Shown here one piece after another: positions 63,501 through 64,000 of a stretch of DNA of 64,000 nucleotides; the first letter of the stretch is position 1; each line of letters starts with the position of its first letter. The translations under genes were made by a program, and so were the position numbers. This DNA is from Balanoglossus misakiensis (taxonomy: Eukaryota > Animalia > Hemichordata). The DNA lies in the NCBI GenBank assembly GCA_040954595.2, contig CM082596.2:9008361-9072360 (forward strand), read 5' to 3'. Below the pieces are notes generated by a model. That model worked only from the letters and a program-made list of their open reading frames with translations. It was not told the origin of the DNA and searched no databases.

Positions 63501-64000
63501 TATCTCATAAGCGGTCTTACCCGTCATTGGCACAAACAGTCTCAGGAAGTAAGCTTTCAGCCTACCCATGTAGCTATTGTATTTTCCACTTTTTGTAAGT
63601 GAAGCCTGACTGTCGCCTGTCTTAGGTCACCACTTCATAAGCGGTCTTACCCGTCATTGGCACAAACAGTCTCAGGAAGTAAGCTTTCAGCCTACCCATG
63701 TAGCTATTGTATTTTCCACTTTTTGTAAGTGAAGCCTGACTGTCGCCTGTCTTAGGTCACCACTTCATAAGCGGTCTACCCGTCATTGGCACAAACAGTC
63801 TCAGGAAGTAAGCTTTCAGCCTACCATGTAGCTATTGTATTTTCCACTTTTTGTAAGTGAAGCCTGACTGTCGCCTGTCTTAGGTCACCACTTCATAAGC
63901 GGTCTTACCCGTCATTGGCACAAACAGTCTCAGGAAGTAAGCTTTCAGCCTACCCATGTAGCTATTGTATTTTCCACTTTTTGTAAGTGAAGCCTGACTG
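54553..64000. repeat. 130-bp satellite, about 73 near-identical copies, continues past the window end
   Basis: ggtcttacccgtcattggcacaaacagtctcagg... repeats every 130 bp; most units are identical. Confidence 0.99.

Noticed and set aside
54553-64000. CRISPR array or repeated RNA gene (5S, SL, hammerhead)
   Set aside because: No unique spacers, no cas genes, eukaryotic context; no 5S/SL similarity or CUGANGA...GAAA core seen on either strand by eye.

Overview
Repeat-rich animal genomic DNA with spliceosomal introns; probably a marine invertebrate (inferred from the gene and repeat types). From left to right: (1) nested TAG...CTA transposon ends and a 140-bp tandem array of tRNA-Gly(TCC) genes whose three full copies carry a G3:U70 pair; (2) an apparently intact 7-exon secreted C-type-lectin + F5/8C (discoidin) gene on the minus strand, bracketed by the two halves of one composite transposon in inside-out order; (3) SRCR and rhodopsin-like GPCR pseudogenes and Helentron/DINE-like repeats; (4) a young Gypsy LTR retrotransposon (21375-28844, TTTG TSD) with an intact non-env third ORF; (5) a cluster of IS3EU-type elements that insert into their own TIR tips; (6) a decayed AcademH-like transposon (RecQ-like helicase on +, Academ/DUF6589-like transposase on -) that contains a Kolobok-type element (DDE transposase plus KolX/P2X7-ballast-like gene) and is interrupted by a very homogeneous 130-bp satellite running off the window end. 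Family assignments come from motif recognition by eye, not database searches.
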